A stretch of DNA of 64,000 bases. Source: an uncultured Gammaproteobacteria bacterium (lineage in GTDB: Bacteria; Patescibacteriota; Microgenomatia; UBA8517). Of the stretch, positions 38,601-48,443 are shown one piece after another. The translations under genes and the position numbers were made by a program. The stretch covers positions 31,285-95,284 of the forward strand of contig CAZPLB010000002.1 of NCBI GenBank assembly GCA_964587425.1. Reading direction: 5' to 3'. The notes beneath the pieces were generated by a model that was given only the letters and a program-made list of their open reading frames with translations, did not search any database and was not told where the DNA came from. Positions within the stretch are counted from its first letter, which is position 1; each line of letters starts with the position of its first letter.

Positions 38601-39334
38601 TTTTTTGAAGAAAGGATGTAAATTTGAGATTCTCCAAATAGAGGTATCGTAAGCGTGTCAATAAATGCAAAAGTGTCAGAAAGAGATCCTTTGAGAAATC
38701 TAATAATATTTCCAGCAAAACGATTGGTAAATAAAAAATTCCTTAGAATACCTTCAGTTTTGTAAGTACGTAAAATATTCATCTTTCGATCCAGTAACAA
38801 TTCACTCAAGTCTCCCAAAGTATATCGTCTTAGATGTCCCACTCTTTCGTCAAAACCCTTAAGCATATTTAATCTATAAAGAGGGGCGTTTTTTGAAGGA
38901 ACAGATAATAATAGCAAACCATCATCTTTTAAATAATTCTTTACATAATTTAGAACCTTCCGATCGTCCTTTAGGTGTTCTAATACCTCTGTCATCAAAA
39001 TTAAATCGTATTTACCCTTAACCTTAATTGTTTGAAACTTACCAGAAACAAACCTAGCGTTATTGTTCAAAGACAAAAACTCTGCACTTGAAATTGCTGT
39101 ATCAATTGCTCGTTTGGAGATATCAACACCAAGGACTTTACTGCCTTTTGAAGCTAAATATAAACTTACTGTACCAACACCACATCCAATGTCCAAAACT
39201 TTCTTATCCCCGTTAAGAAGAGAATTTTCATTAAGTATCCAGAATAGATTCCTATAAGTAAAATTATTTTTAGCTATAATCTTTTTCTGAATTCTTGTGA
39301 CACTGTGGTATTTTTCGTATAACAAATTACTCAC
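38597..39334 (-). CDS. Class I SAM-dependent methyltransferase
   Basis: VLDIGCGVGTVSLYLASKGSKVLGVDISKRAI motif I and post-I. Confidence 0.7.
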   Translation of the reverse strand: MSNLLYEKYHSVTRIQKKIIAKNNFTYRNLFWILNENSLLNGDKKVLDIGCGVGTVSLYLASKGSKVLGVDISKRAIDTAISSAEFLSLNNNARFVSGKFQTIKVKGKYDLILMTEVLEHLKDDRKVLNYVKNYLKDDGLLLLSVPSKNAPLYRLNMLKGFDERVGHLRRYTLGDLSELLLDRKMNILRTYKTEGILRNFLFTNRFAGNIIRFLKGSLSDTFAFIDTLTIPLFGESQIYILSSKK

Positions 39335-39521
39335 AATGGAAGTCTAACAATAAAGTTTCCACTTGACAAATATTGCGATTTCATACTTTACTGAAACAGG
39401 TGAACAAATTGAAATCCAAGATAGGATTAACTTTAACCCTTGCAATAACACTGTTGTCTGTCTCTCTCAAAAATAAAGGAGGTTGTGGAATCAACTCCCC
39501 ATATCTCTGGAGATTTGCTAT

Positions 39522-40100
39522 ATGAGAGAGGATCCACCTCTCGTAGACCTCAAAGTCACAAATCCTATTACTTACATCAAAAAATGGTGGGGTAAAATAA
39601 TTGGAAATGAAGGTATAGACTTCAGGTTTCGTGTTCACCCCTTAACTGCCCTTGCAATCGCAATAGTTATAGCCAGTATTGGTTTTGGAGTAGGAAGATT
39701 CATCTTACCTTTCCCAATCCCCTTCTTTCAGTACAATAATGAAACTGGACAAGTAGATAAAGTATCTCCAACCGCAAACCCGTGGAGGGAAACTGCATAT
39801 ACTGGAACTCTTCAATTTTCAAAAGCAACAAGCCTCTACTATCTTCAAGTTACATCATCCTCTGAAGCAATAACCCTTCAAACTCCATCAAATATTGATT
39901 TCGAACCCCTGATTGGGAAAAGAATACTTGCTATAGGAAGTTACAACAAGGGAACCAGAACCCTAGTTGTAGCCGATGCCAAAGACCTAGAAATCCTTCC
40001 AAAATCACCTATTCCAATACCAACAATCGAGCCAACAAACACCACAGCACCAACTGCAACACAAACTCCATTATCTGAGCCTACGAACCAGCCATATTAG
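39522..40100 (+). CDS. Membrane-anchored extracytoplasmic protein with Pro/Thr-rich C-terminus, unknown function
   Basis: One TM helix (LTALAIAIVIASIGFGVG) then a beta-rich region and a PT-rich tail; start taken at the internal ATG (MREDPP..); the overlapping minus-strand 85-aa ORF was rejected. Confidence 0.4.
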   Translation: MREDPPLVDLKVTNPITYIKKWWGKIIGNEGIDFRFRVHPLTALAIAIVIASIGFGVGRFILPFPIPFFQYNNETGQVDKVSPTANPWRETAYTGTLQFSKATSLYYLQVTSSSEAITLQTPSNIDFEPLIGKRILAIGSYNKGTRTLVVADAKDLEILPKSPIPIPTIEPTNTTAPTATQTPLSEPTNQPY

Positions 40101-40135
40101 CCAAAATTGCACCAATTTAACCCACTTTGAACATC

Positions 40136-40164
40136 TTGACAAAGACCAAATATACTATTAATAT
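40136..40164 (+). promoter_or_regulatory. Sigma70-like promoter TTGACA-N17-TAATAT
   Basis: Read directly: cTTGACAaagaccaaatatactatTAATAT. Confidence 0.4.
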
Positions 40165-40235
40165 GTAAAAAGTTAAATGTACGGGACCAAAAACAGATTG
40201 ATGTTTTTGTTGCCCCTTGCAAAAAGGGTATATGA

Positions 40236-40262
40236 CCTCGACCAAAAGTCGGGGCTTTTTAT
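40236..40262 (+). terminator. Intrinsic terminator-like hairpin (CCUCGAC-CAAAA-GUCGGGG) followed by CUUUUUAUU
   Basis: 7-bp stem with one G-U pair and a U-tract, ~70 nt downstream of the promoter above and ~55 nt upstream of the secreted-protein operon. Confidence 0.4.
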
Positions 40263-40318
40263 TGTCCAAAACTTGACTTTTAGTATTATAGGATTATAAT
40301 ACGGACGATTAGATAAAT

Positions 40319-42310
40319 ATGGCAAACAGAGAAGCATTGTTAGTCGCCACAGTTTTAACAGCAGCTGTCACCACAGGCAGTATTGCATCAGCCTCCCAAA
40401 ATAACACCGATCTCGAAGGAAAAGATAAAGACAAAACCTTTTGTTCACCCGATAGTCTAAACATTCTAACAAAACAAGCAGATCAAAAATGTGCACAATG
40501 GTCACTTTCCACTGCCGCTCCTTTGGTTAACACTGTCCCAAGTACTTTTAATGATTTAGAAGCTCAGGCTGAACATATGCGTAGAATTGAGGTATCAGGT
40601 GAAGCAAATACACAAGCTGAAGATACGAGATTTTCACGAGTCGAGAGACAAAATGTCATTGGAAACCCTAATATTGCAGCCATAGCACTAGATTCCTTTC
40701 CACTTGGAGACTTAACTTCACCTGACAATGCCCAGAATATTTCTACTGCTACAAATCCCGGGATTATTCCAATGGATACTTTCTATAGTGCCCTAGAAGC
40801 AGACTTGAATGCACATTTTCAAGGAGATGAACTGCAAAATGAACTAAGTAAGTTTCAAGAAGTAAAAGTTAAATATGACAGCGAAAGAGCTTTTGTGGCT
40901 CAATGGTTGGGAACAGATGTGGAAAATATAGATGCAGAATTAGTGATTCTATCTAGCACATATCAAGGGGTAGCTGATACAGGAATACTTCTTCATCCTA
41001 CAATAGGCCAAGGAGTACTTGACACAGGAGTACCTGCTTACTTTTTAGATGCAGATGGAATTGTTGGTCCAGATGGACAAGAGATTCCAAGAGGATCATT
41101 CTTAACTACTTTTAACAATCATGGAATTGCAGATGTTGCTGTAATGAGATATGACACAAGTGGAAGCAGTTCACTTAATTTAATCACGCTTGAAGAACCA
41201 GGAGGCACTACAGTTATACCAGCCAGATACAATACTGATGGGCAGCTTGTTTCTATCTTAATGAAAGGCCAAGAACAATATGATTATGCCCAAGAAATGG
41301 CAGTCCATTTTGGCAAAATAAATACCACAGCGTCTTATGTAAATGTACGAGATGATGTGACAGGTCAACCACTAAAAACACCAAACGGTGCGCCTTTTGT
41401 GTTCAACGATGGGTTTGACGTAATAGTTTTTGATAATAGTAAAGGAATGATACCTAACACAAATATAGAAGGTGAGCGTGTTCTTCTTCCAGCAGGTACT
41501 ACGGCTCTTGTTGCATCAAGTTTAATTGAGGATTCTCAAAACATACCATTACTAGGAGCGGGTATACCTCTTACCCCCGTTTCACCCACAATTGTAGATA
41601 ATCAGAATCAAACTCAAAACCAAGAAAACGCAGGTGTAGAAGTTGTTGTGGTACCGGCATTTGATCCAGAAAATTCAATTTTCGAAAATGCCAGTTTTTC
41701 ACCACAGGCAGAATTAAGTTCAACAACAGGAAATTACACTGTTGCATACAGTAATGGAGTTATGGAACTCGCTGGAAAATCGTCTATTTCTTCGCCTGCA
41801 AATGTCATGGATCAGGCATACCAAACCATACTTAATTTAGCTCTAAATCTTTCAGGAACTCCCACCCCCGAAGATGTTGAAATGCGAGGGGTAACTAATG
41901 GTGCACACGACGCAAACCCAGGTCACATTAGCGGTTCATTGAGTGGAATAGAACAATACATTGTAACTACACAAGAATTTATAAGTATCAAGGCAAATTT
42001 TGAGTCTCAAACAGAAATTGAATATGTCGAAATAGTTCCACCTCAACAATATTTGGTAGGAGCCATCATCTATCGAGACGCAGCAGGAAAATATATCCTT
42101 ATTAACTCTGAAACATTTTCAGGACTAAGACGTCGTTTTAACGCCCAGGAGGCAATCAAAAACGGACCAGCTCTTGCTGAATTTTATTTTATTGATGGAA
42201 TGGCCGCAGGGAAAGGAACCTCTCCTGCAATCAATGTAACAAATATGTACGAAATATTTGGTTGGACAGAGGCTTTGGGATGTCAAAACTGTTCACTTGT
42301 ACTCCAATAG
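40319..42310 (+). CDS. Large secreted protein (663 aa), unknown function
   Basis: Signal peptide MANREALLVATVLTAAVTTGSIASA; no recognisable catalytic motifs. Confidence 0.55.
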   Translation: MANREALLVATVLTAAVTTGSIASASQNNTDLEGKDKDKTFCSPDSLNILTKQADQKCAQWSLSTAAPLVNTVPSTFNDLEAQAEHMRRIEVSGEANTQAEDTRFSRVERQNVIGNPNIAAIALDSFPLGDLTSPDNAQNISTATNPGIIPMDTFYSALEADLNAHFQGDELQNELSKFQEVKVKYDSERAFVAQWLGTDVENIDAELVILSSTYQGVADTGILLHPTIGQGVLDTGVPAYFLDADGIVGPDGQEIPRGSFLTTFNNHGIADVAVMRYDTSGSSSLNLITLEEPGGTTVIPARYNTDGQLVSILMKGQEQYDYAQEMAVHFGKINTTASYVNVRDDVTGQPLKTPNGAPFVFNDGFDVIVFDNSKGMIPNTNIEGERVLLPAGTTALVASSLIEDSQNIPLLGAGIPLTPVSPTIVDNQNQTQNQENAGVEVVVVPAFDPENSIFENASFSPQAELSSTTGNYTVAYSNGVMELAGKSSISSPANVMDQAYQTILNLALNLSGTPTPEDVEMRGVTNGAHDANPGHISGSLSGIEQYIVTTQEFISIKANFESQTEIEYVEIVPPQQYLVGAIIYRDAAGKYILINSETFSGLRRRFNAQEAIKNGPALAEFYFIDGMAAGKGTSPAINVTNMYEIFGWTEALGCQNCSLVLQ

Positions 42311-42332
42311 GATTTAATTGTATTATTGATTA

Positions 42333-42896
42333 GTGTCTAATAAGAAAATAATCGCCCTAATTTTTGTTTTTTGTGTAATTCTTCTTTTTGTTGCGCTTAA
42401 ATTAATAACAGCCAATCAATTCAAGTCCACACTATCCTCTCAACAAATTTATTTTGAATCCAACATACCCGATTTCAAGGTATCTCTAAAAAACGAGATA
42501 GATCTTAAAAATGCTCTGGAAAATTCAGGTCTTTGGGAGAAAGATAGAGTGAACAATTCCATTAATCCCGGTACTAAAATTACAGCGAATAATTTATTTA
42601 TTAATGTGTCATTAAAGACAGTCCACCCTTTTTATATACAAAATGATAAAGATGGTCACATGATAATCGAAGTAGAGTCTTTCACTGACACATCCAATAA
42701 CTTACATATAAACATAGGTATCGGCAATTACCTATTAAATAACCCCAAAAATGATACAGCAACATGGATTGATGCAGCTTTCTGGTCCGCAGTGAGATTT
42801 TCCATCAAAGATCCGACTATCATAGAAGAAGTGGCTTATGGAAGTACAAAAGGTATAAAATTATCTACATTCAAAATAACACCAATAAATAAATGA
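42333..42896 (+). CDS. N-terminally anchored extracytoplasmic protein (187 aa)
   Basis: TM helix IIALIFVFCVILLFVALKLI; overlaps the next gene by 4 nt (operonic). Confidence 0.5.
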   Translation: MSNKKIIALIFVFCVILLFVALKLITANQFKSTLSSQQIYFESNIPDFKVSLKNEIDLKNALENSGLWEKDRVNNSINPGTKITANNLFINVSLKTVHPFYIQNDKDGHMIIEVESFTDTSNNLHINIGIGNYLLNNPKNDTATWIDAAFWSAVRFSIKDPTIIEEVAYGSTKGIKLSTFKITPINK

Positions 42897-44599
42897 AAAT
42901 AAAATTATCCATAATATTATTTTTTGTTGGTTTTATGTTCTTTAACCCCAGTTCAGTAAATGCTCAACTTTCATGTCAAGGAAATACACCAAAAGCTGGT
43001 ACCCAAGAAAGACAAGTCTGTACAGATTCAGGCGGTAATCCATGTAGTTTTGGTGACCCCGGCTGTACCTGTTCAACAGTATGTGATGGCACAATATGGA
43101 CTTGTAACAGTTGCAGTAGCGGTCCAGGAGCAGGCGGATGCGGTGACGACTACTCATGCATCGGAATTACTAACTGGGTATGCGTTGTTCCTGGTACAGG
43201 GGGTTGTCATTGGGTAAACACGAGTACCCCAGCCCCAACAACTGGACCAACTGCATCTCCAGCCCCAGGTTCTTGTACCTCAGGTGATCCTTTCTATGGA
43301 CTCAGTAACTGTGGAGAAGTAGGAAGAGTAAATGGCTCAGGTAACTGTGGCGCTGGTTGTCTTTGCTGTGCAACTACTGGATCATTTAGTCCTCCTACCT
43401 GCAGTTTAGGTGTCCATAGTGGCTCTCTTGCAACAGGTCCCCTTTTAAGTAATGGGCAAAATTATAATATCCCCCTTAACGTCAATAAATTAACAGAATC
43501 TCGTACAAGCACAAACGGATGGGTACGAACCATATCCTATTTTGTTTCAGATACCTCAAAAGCATTCTTAAGTCCAGGTGGTCCCCAAAGAATAGTTCGT
43601 TTCTGTGATTGTAATACATTACCATGCACTAATTCATACACAGGTGGTACATGTGGTAGTACAAACCCCCAATCTGTCACAAATCAGTTTGTCCACGGCC
43701 TTTCAACTCTTACACCCTACTCTACTCTAACTGTTGCAACAACATGCCAGGGTCCTGGGGGAAGCGTTCAGAGAAGCCAAACCTTCCATTTGGTCGTAGT
43801 TGATACCCCTGCTTGGTGGCAGACAAAAGGTGGAGATGTAATGTCTGGTGACAATCTAGTATCAAAAATTCCTGCAACATGTACAGGGGCTTGTATCCCC
43901 GATCTCATTCTTGATGCTCCATCCCCACAAGGAAGCGGTTACCCCGGAGTGGCAGTGTATGGCACCGGCTACGATTTTTCAGACGGCAGTGGAGTTGGCA
44001 TTACCTCAACCAAAAATTGGTTAGCTCAATCAACGTATACAGGTAAAACATATAATTACAATTATTTTGATACTCTTGTACCAAGCGACGTCACTTTTGT
44101 AAATGTATCAGGGTCAGTAGGTGGTGGAACCTTTGTCTCACAGGGAACTCCAAACAAAGGATATGTATGGTTCAAATCTACTGGTGATTTAACAATCAAC
44201 AGTAATATTAACTTGAGTGCAAGAAAAGTAATTCTTCTGGTTAATGGAAACTTAACCATTCAGGGGCCAATTAATGTAACTGATGGTCAGGGCTTTTTCT
44301 TAACTGTTGTTTCTGGAACAACATCATTTGACCCAAGCTTAGGAGGATCAAGCGGAAGTCCATCTATTGAAGGTATGTTCCTCTCAGATGGAGGAATTTC
44401 AACGGGTGGTGGAAATGTTGCCTTTTACGAACGTGGCTCGATAGTTGCAAACGGAGGGTTAAATCTGCAAAGGAATCTGGGAACAACCAATAACAAAACC
44501 AATCCAGCAGAAGTTTTTGAATACGCCCCAGATATGATACTTAACTTTCCAAGATCTCTTGCAAGATCCAAAATAATCTGGCAGGAAGTAGCGCCGTAA
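42893..44599 (+). CDS. Secreted Cys-rich protein with a C-terminal beta-helix-like repeat region
   Basis: Signal peptide, then ~150 aa with >25 Cys (CQGNTPKAG..CTDSGGNPCSFGDPGCTCSTVCDG..), then Gly/Asn/Thr-rich repeats (..NINLSARKVILLVNGNLTIQGPINVTDG..) reminiscent of right-handed beta-helix adhesins. Confidence 0.5.
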   Translation: MKIKLSIILFFVGFMFFNPSSVNAQLSCQGNTPKAGTQERQVCTDSGGNPCSFGDPGCTCSTVCDGTIWTCNSCSSGPGAGGCGDDYSCIGITNWVCVVPGTGGCHWVNTSTPAPTTGPTASPAPGSCTSGDPFYGLSNCGEVGRVNGSGNCGAGCLCCATTGSFSPPTCSLGVHSGSLATGPLLSNGQNYNIPLNVNKLTESRTSTNGWVRTISYFVSDTSKAFLSPGGPQRIVRFCDCNTLPCTNSYTGGTCGSTNPQSVTNQFVHGLSTLTPYSTLTVATTCQGPGGSVQRSQTFHLVVVDTPAWWQTKGGDVMSGDNLVSKIPATCTGACIPDLILDAPSPQGSGYPGVAVYGTGYDFSDGSGVGITSTKNWLAQSTYTGKTYNYNYFDTLVPSDVTFVNVSGSVGGGTFVSQGTPNKGYVWFKSTGDLTINSNINLSARKVILLVNGNLTIQGPINVTDGQGFFLTVVSGTTSFDPSLGGSSGSPSIEGMFLSDGGISTGGGNVAFYERGSIVANGGLNLQRNLGTTNNKTNPAEVFEYAPDMILNFPRSLARSKIIWQEVAP

Positions 44600-44618
44600 G
44601 TCTTTGGGTTAACAATCT

Positions 44619-45011
44619 ATGATTCAAAAATCAAATGATGAGTGGAAAAAGAAACTAACTCCAGAAAGCTATAAAGTTACTTGTGAAGGCTCAACAGAAG
44701 CTCCATTCACAGGTAAATACTTACACAACAAGGATACTGGGATGTACAACTGTATCCGCTGTGGAGCTACGCTATTCTCATCAGATACAAAATTCGATAG
44801 TGGAACAGGCTGGCCGAGCTTCTATGATGTAGCCAAAACAGGAACAGTAAAAATCAAAAAAGATTTAAGTTTGGGAATGGTAAGGGATGAAGCAGTCTGC
44901 AGCAATTGCGGAGCCCATCTTGGTCACCTTTTTGATGATGGTCCAAAAGAAAAAACAGGTTTAAGATATTGCATCAATTCAGCTGCACTTGACTTCAAAA
45001 AAGAAAAGTAA
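44619..45011 (+). CDS. msrB: Peptide-methionine (R)-S-oxide reductase
   Basis: Two CxxC zinc knuckles (CIRCGA.., CSNCGAHLGHLF) and GTGWPSF catalytic region typical of MsrB/SelR. Confidence 0.85.
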   Translation: MIQKSNDEWKKKLTPESYKVTCEGSTEAPFTGKYLHNKDTGMYNCIRCGATLFSSDTKFDSGTGWPSFYDVAKTGTVKIKKDLSLGMVRDEAVCSNCGAHLGHLFDDGPKEKTGLRYCINSAALDFKKEK

Positions 45012-45025
45012 GAAAATAAATCTCC

Positions 45026-45241
45026 ATGCCGGAGTTCGAAAGTATACATTTACAAGAGATATTTGATACTGCTAAAAGTATCACCCAAAACAATGGTAAA
45101 GTTAGACAGTTTGACAGGACAGGCGCACTCAAGACAATAGCAATGCACCAAAAGATGGCACTAGAGTCAAACATAAACCCCTTTGAAGTAAGCACGGCAA
45201 TATCTAGAGGATTTAGAGCCGGTACTGAAAAAATAAATTAG
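45026..45241 (+). CDS. Small hypothetical protein (71 aa)
   Basis: ORF only; ends 1 nt before the tRNA-Val 3' end on the opposite strand. Confidence 0.3.
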   Translation: MPEFESIHLQEIFDTAKSITQNNGKVRQFDRTGALKTIAMHQKMALESNINPFEVSTAISRGFRAGTEKIN

Positions 45242-45313
45242 TGGATCCGGATGGGATCGAACCATCGACCTTACCGATGTGAACGGTACGCTCTACCACT
45301 GAGCCACGGATCC
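45242..45313 (-). tRNA. tRNA-Val (anticodon CAC)
   Basis: Acceptor GGATCCG/CGGATCC perfect, D-arm GCTC-AGTGGTA-GAGC, anticodon stem TACCG/CGGTA with loop TTCACAT, T-arm GATGG-TTCGATC-CCATC, discriminator A. Confidence 0.8.
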
Positions 45314-45397
45314 GAGACATCATATTTTAACACGAAGTTATAAATTTCATCACACTCCACTTGCCTTTCACCAACCAAAACTACATAATTAAAAGGT

Positions 45398-45952
45398 ATG
45401 ATGCAGCGAATCGGAAGCTTCCTCCTAGATACAATTCAAGTAGTTGTATTTGCAGTCTCAATTTTTCTCTTTCTCTACCTAATTGTTGCCCAACCCCATA
45501 AGATCAAAGGTCACTCTATGGAATCAAACTTCCATGATGGACAATATATACTAACTGACAAACTCTCATATCGCTTTGGGAACCCCAAGAGAGGCGATGT
45601 AATAGTTTTCAAAGCCCCTCCAGATGGCCATGATGAATTCATCAAGAGAATAATTGGAATAGCTGGAGATACTGTCATGGTACAAAATGGAAAGGTTTTC
45701 TTGAATGGAAAGCAGTTAAATGAAACATATCTGCCGTCAGACCTATACACCAGTCCAGGGTCATTTCTAACAGAGGGAAACACTATTACTGTCGCCAACA
45801 ATTCATATCTTGTTATGGGAGATAATAGACCAAATTCATTCGATGGAAGAAACTTTGGACTAATTACAAGGGATAAGATAACTGGACGTGGTTGGCTTGT
45901 TTACTGGCCGCCACAGGATGCAAAAATAGTTAAAAATCCATTCGGAAATTAA
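45398..45952 (+). CDS. lepB: Signal peptidase I (S26 family)
   Basis: Catalytic Ser region KGHSMESNF, GDVIVFK, Lys box FIKRIIGIAGD, C-terminal GDNRPNSFDGR. Confidence 0.8.
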   Translation: MMQRIGSFLLDTIQVVVFAVSIFLFLYLIVAQPHKIKGHSMESNFHDGQYILTDKLSYRFGNPKRGDVIVFKAPPDGHDEFIKRIIGIAGDTVMVQNGKVFLNGKQLNETYLPSDLYTSPGSFLTEGNTITVANNSYLVMGDNRPNSFDGRNFGLITRDKITGRGWLVYWPPQDAKIVKNPFGN

Positions 45953-45968
45953 ACAAGAGAAGAATATA

Positions 45969-46805
45969 TTAGGAAGCCAAAGCCTTGTGAATTTTCTCCA
46001 ACCTTCCTTGAGTTTCCTCCAAGGTTCCGCGAAGTACAAAAGTAAGTCTCGTCTGGCTTCTTGACCTAACCAACTTTACTGCAGTTGATTTATCATCATT
46101 TGATAATGCAAGTCCTCTCTGCATATCCCCCTGCAGTTTATCAATCTCTTCAGAAATTATTCTCATGTCAGAAATTCTGGCTTTTGGCTTTGGAGCTTGA
46201 TTATTATCAGCCTTCATACGTCGGGCCAACTCTTCTGCTCGCCTTACTGATCCACTCTCACGAAGAATTATCTTGTAGGCATCAATGACTAAGCTCTGGT
46301 CATCAATAGACGAAAGCGCTCTAGCATGTCCCTCAGAAATAAGTCCTGAAAGTAGTCCATCTTTAAGGGCATCAGGAAGAGTAAGGAGTCTCATTGAGTT
46401 AGATACATAGGCTACACTTTTTCCAATTTTTACTGCCACTTCACTTGTAGTTAATCCAAACTCATTCATTAATCTTTCAAAACCTTTTGCACGATCAAGT
46501 GGATTAAGATCAACTCTTTGCACATTTTCAACCAAGGCCATTTCAAGCATTCCTTTGGGAGAAGTTTCACGAACTACAGCTGGAACATGAGTAAGCCCTG
46601 CAAGTCTCGAAGCTCTCCATCGCCTTTCTCCTGCAATAATTTGATACCCAGCCGGAGTCTTGGCAATAACCAAAGGTTCAAGTACTCCATGTTCTTTAAT
46701 GGAATCAACTAAATCGACTAAACTTTCTGGGGTGATAACGCCGCGAGGCTGCAAAGGATTACTTTGAAGTTCATCTACTGCAATCTGGATTATTGAGTCT
46801 GCCAT
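45969..46805 (-). CDS. parB: ParB/Spo0J-family chromosome partitioning protein
   Basis: ParB box GERRWRAS..(CTPase motif), HTH region, N-terminal ..[10 protein letters not shown].. Confidence 0.8.
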   Translation of the reverse strand: MADSIIQIAVDELQSNPLQPRGVITPESLVDLVDSIKEHGVLEPLVIAKTPAGYQIIAGERRWRASRLAGLTHVPAVVRETSPKGMLEMALVENVQRVDLNPLDRAKGFERLMNEFGLTTSEVAVKIGKSVAYVSNSMRLLTLPDALKDGLLSGLISEGHARALSSIDDQSLVIDAYKIILRESGSVRRAEELARRMKADNNQAPKPKARISDMRIISEEIDKLQGDMQRGLALSNDDKSTAVKLVRSRSQTRLTFVLRGTLEETQGRLEKIHKALAS

Positions 46806-47044
46806 ACTGAAACTGTTTTCTTGCCTAATTTTTGTCCAAATTTAACTATTCCGGCAGCTTTTGCAAAAAGAGTGAAGTCGCGTCCCACCTTTACACCTTT
46901 TCCAGGTGAAAATTTTGTTCCAACCTGGCGAACCAAAACTGATCCAGCATTCACAGTCTCTCCATTATTAACTTTAACCCCGCGCCTCTTACCGGCTGGG
47001 CTTGTATGCTGTTTGGCTTTTCCTGCTGCTTTATGCGTTGACAT
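46790..47044 (-). CDS. rpmA: 50S ribosomal protein L27
   Basis: [18 protein letters not shown].. canonical L27 N-terminus, 84 aa. Confidence 0.9.
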   Translation of the reverse strand: MSTHKAAGKAKQHTSPAGKRRGVKVNNGETVNAGSVLVRQVGTKFSPGKGVKVGRDFTLFAKAAGIVKFGQKLGKKTVSVWQTQ

Positions 47045-47095
47045 ATCTTGTAGTTATCAAATAGTATGGATTAAATTTTCACGGATGTCAAGATA

Positions 47096-47404
47096 TCACA
47101 AAGATATCTTCTGAACTAGAAGTTTACTGTATTTTGGCCTAAAACCAGTCTTTCTCCTATATCTGCTTTTCGCCTTAAATTTCTTGATATATAGCTTTTC
47201 ACCCTTAACTTCTTCAGCCACCAACTTCAAATCAACTTCAGCACCCTTTACAGTTGGCTTTCCCACTTTCACTTTACCCTCATCAGAGACAAGTAATACA
47301 TCAGCCTCAATTTTCTTTGGATCCTTGAGTCTATCAACCAAAATCTCCTCTTTTTCCTCTACTTTATACTGGTGTCCCTGCAACCTAATTACTGCGTATT
47401 TCAT
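47096..47404 (-). CDS. rplU: 50S ribosomal protein L21
   Basis: MKYAVIRLQGHQYKVEE.. canonical L21 start; start placed at that internal Met rather than the track upstream start. Confidence 0.85.
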   Translation of the reverse strand: MKYAVIRLQGHQYKVEEKEEILVDRLKDPKKIEADVLLVSDEGKVKVGKPTVKGAEVDLKLVAEEVKGEKLYIKKFKAKSRYRRKTGFRPKYSKLLVQKISL

Positions 47405-47417
47405 ACTCGATATAATA

Positions 47418-48443
47418 TCATTTCTTCGCTCCAATTACCATCCCAAGGGTAATCATAGTGGCAATTAACGAAGAACCTCCTGCAGAAACTAGTGGAAGAG
47501 TTAACCCAGTAATAGGCAATACTCCCATATTCATCCCTACATGAATAAATATCTGGAATAAAAAGGAAAAAAATATTCCTCCAATAAAAGTCCTGACTGG
47601 TCCCTTTTGTGCCATTTTCAATATTTGAATAATGCGATAGCAAAGAAGACAAAGTACCAAGAGTACTATCCCGCCGCCCAAAAATCCCATCTCCTCAGAA
47701 ATTGCTGCAAACACGAAATCTGTTTGTTTCTCAGGTAAAAATGCAAGTTGGGTTTCTGTTCCCTTACCAAGTCCTTGTCCAAAAATTTTCCCTGACCCCA
47801 CCGAGATTGTTGCCTGAATGCTGTTGTAGTTGTCAAAAGAAACTATTCTTGCCTTTTGGTATGGAGCAAGGAAGTTCCAAAAAAGAGGAAGTAAAATTAA
47901 ACAAATCCCTGCAAAAAGAAACAGAAGTTTCTTACTGAACGAACTCCCAAATAATATTCCAATATATCCAATCAAAGTAACAATCCCAACCCCAAGTGAA
48001 GGCTGAACTAAAATGAGGATGAAGGGAATTAAAAATAATATTCCAGAGATTAAAAAAAGTTTCAGAGTCACTTTCTGCCTCCATAATAATTTTGCAAAGA
48101 AAACAAAAAGAAATGGTCGAACAAGCTCTGCTGGGAGAACGCTAATAGGGCCAATCGGAATCCATCTAACAACCCCTCTTGTCACCTGCCCTATAATCAA
48201 AGGTAAAACAAGAAGGATAATGGATATTACATAAAAATGTTTGTAGAAGTAAGTTAAAACCTCAAACTCAATTTGTGAAAAAACAAAAAAAAGAATTACT
48301 CCAACAATAATGTAGACAAAATATAATGGAAAAAGGCCAGGTGCAATTGAATGAAGAACAAGTATGCTTGTCCCAATTAGGAAGACTACACAGATACTTA
48401 TCCACGCATCAAGTGTTATGCCAGTACCACGAACATTATTCAT
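47418..48443 (-). CDS. rodA: SEDS-family peptidoglycan glycosyltransferase (RodA/FtsW-like)
   Basis: 10-TM SEDS pattern with conserved ..KIFGQGLGKGTETQLAFLPE.QTDFVFAAISEEMGF.. block. Confidence 0.7.
   Translation of the reverse strand: MNNVRGTGITLDAWISICVVFLIGTSILVLHSIAPGLFPLYFVYIIVGVILFFVFSQIEFEVLTYFYKHFYVISIILLVLPLIIGQVTRGVVRWIPIGPISVLPAELVRPFLFVFFAKLLWRQKVTLKLFLISGILFLIPFILILVQPSLGVGIVTLIGYIGILFGSSFSKKLLFLFAGICLILLPLFWNFLAPYQKARIVSFDNYNSIQATISVGSGKIFGQGLGKGTETQLAFLPEKQTDFVFAAISEEMGFLGGGIVLLVLCLLCYRIIQILKMAQKGPVRTFIGGIFFSFLFQIFIHVGMNMGVLPITGLTLPLVSAGGSSLIATMITLGMVIGAKK

Noticed and set aside
39381-39638. 85-aa minus-strand ORF overlapping the 39483..40100 plus-strand ORF
   Set aside because: The plus-strand frame gives a coherent TM-anchor plus PT-rich protein. 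The minus-strand ORF has no features and overlaps it almost entirely.
40274-40300. Second promoter-like element TTGACT..TATAAT directly upstream of the 40319 ORF
   Set aside because: The spacer is only about 15 nt by my count, so it is weaker than the upstream TTGACA-N17-TAATAT. It is mentioned but not annotated as a feature.
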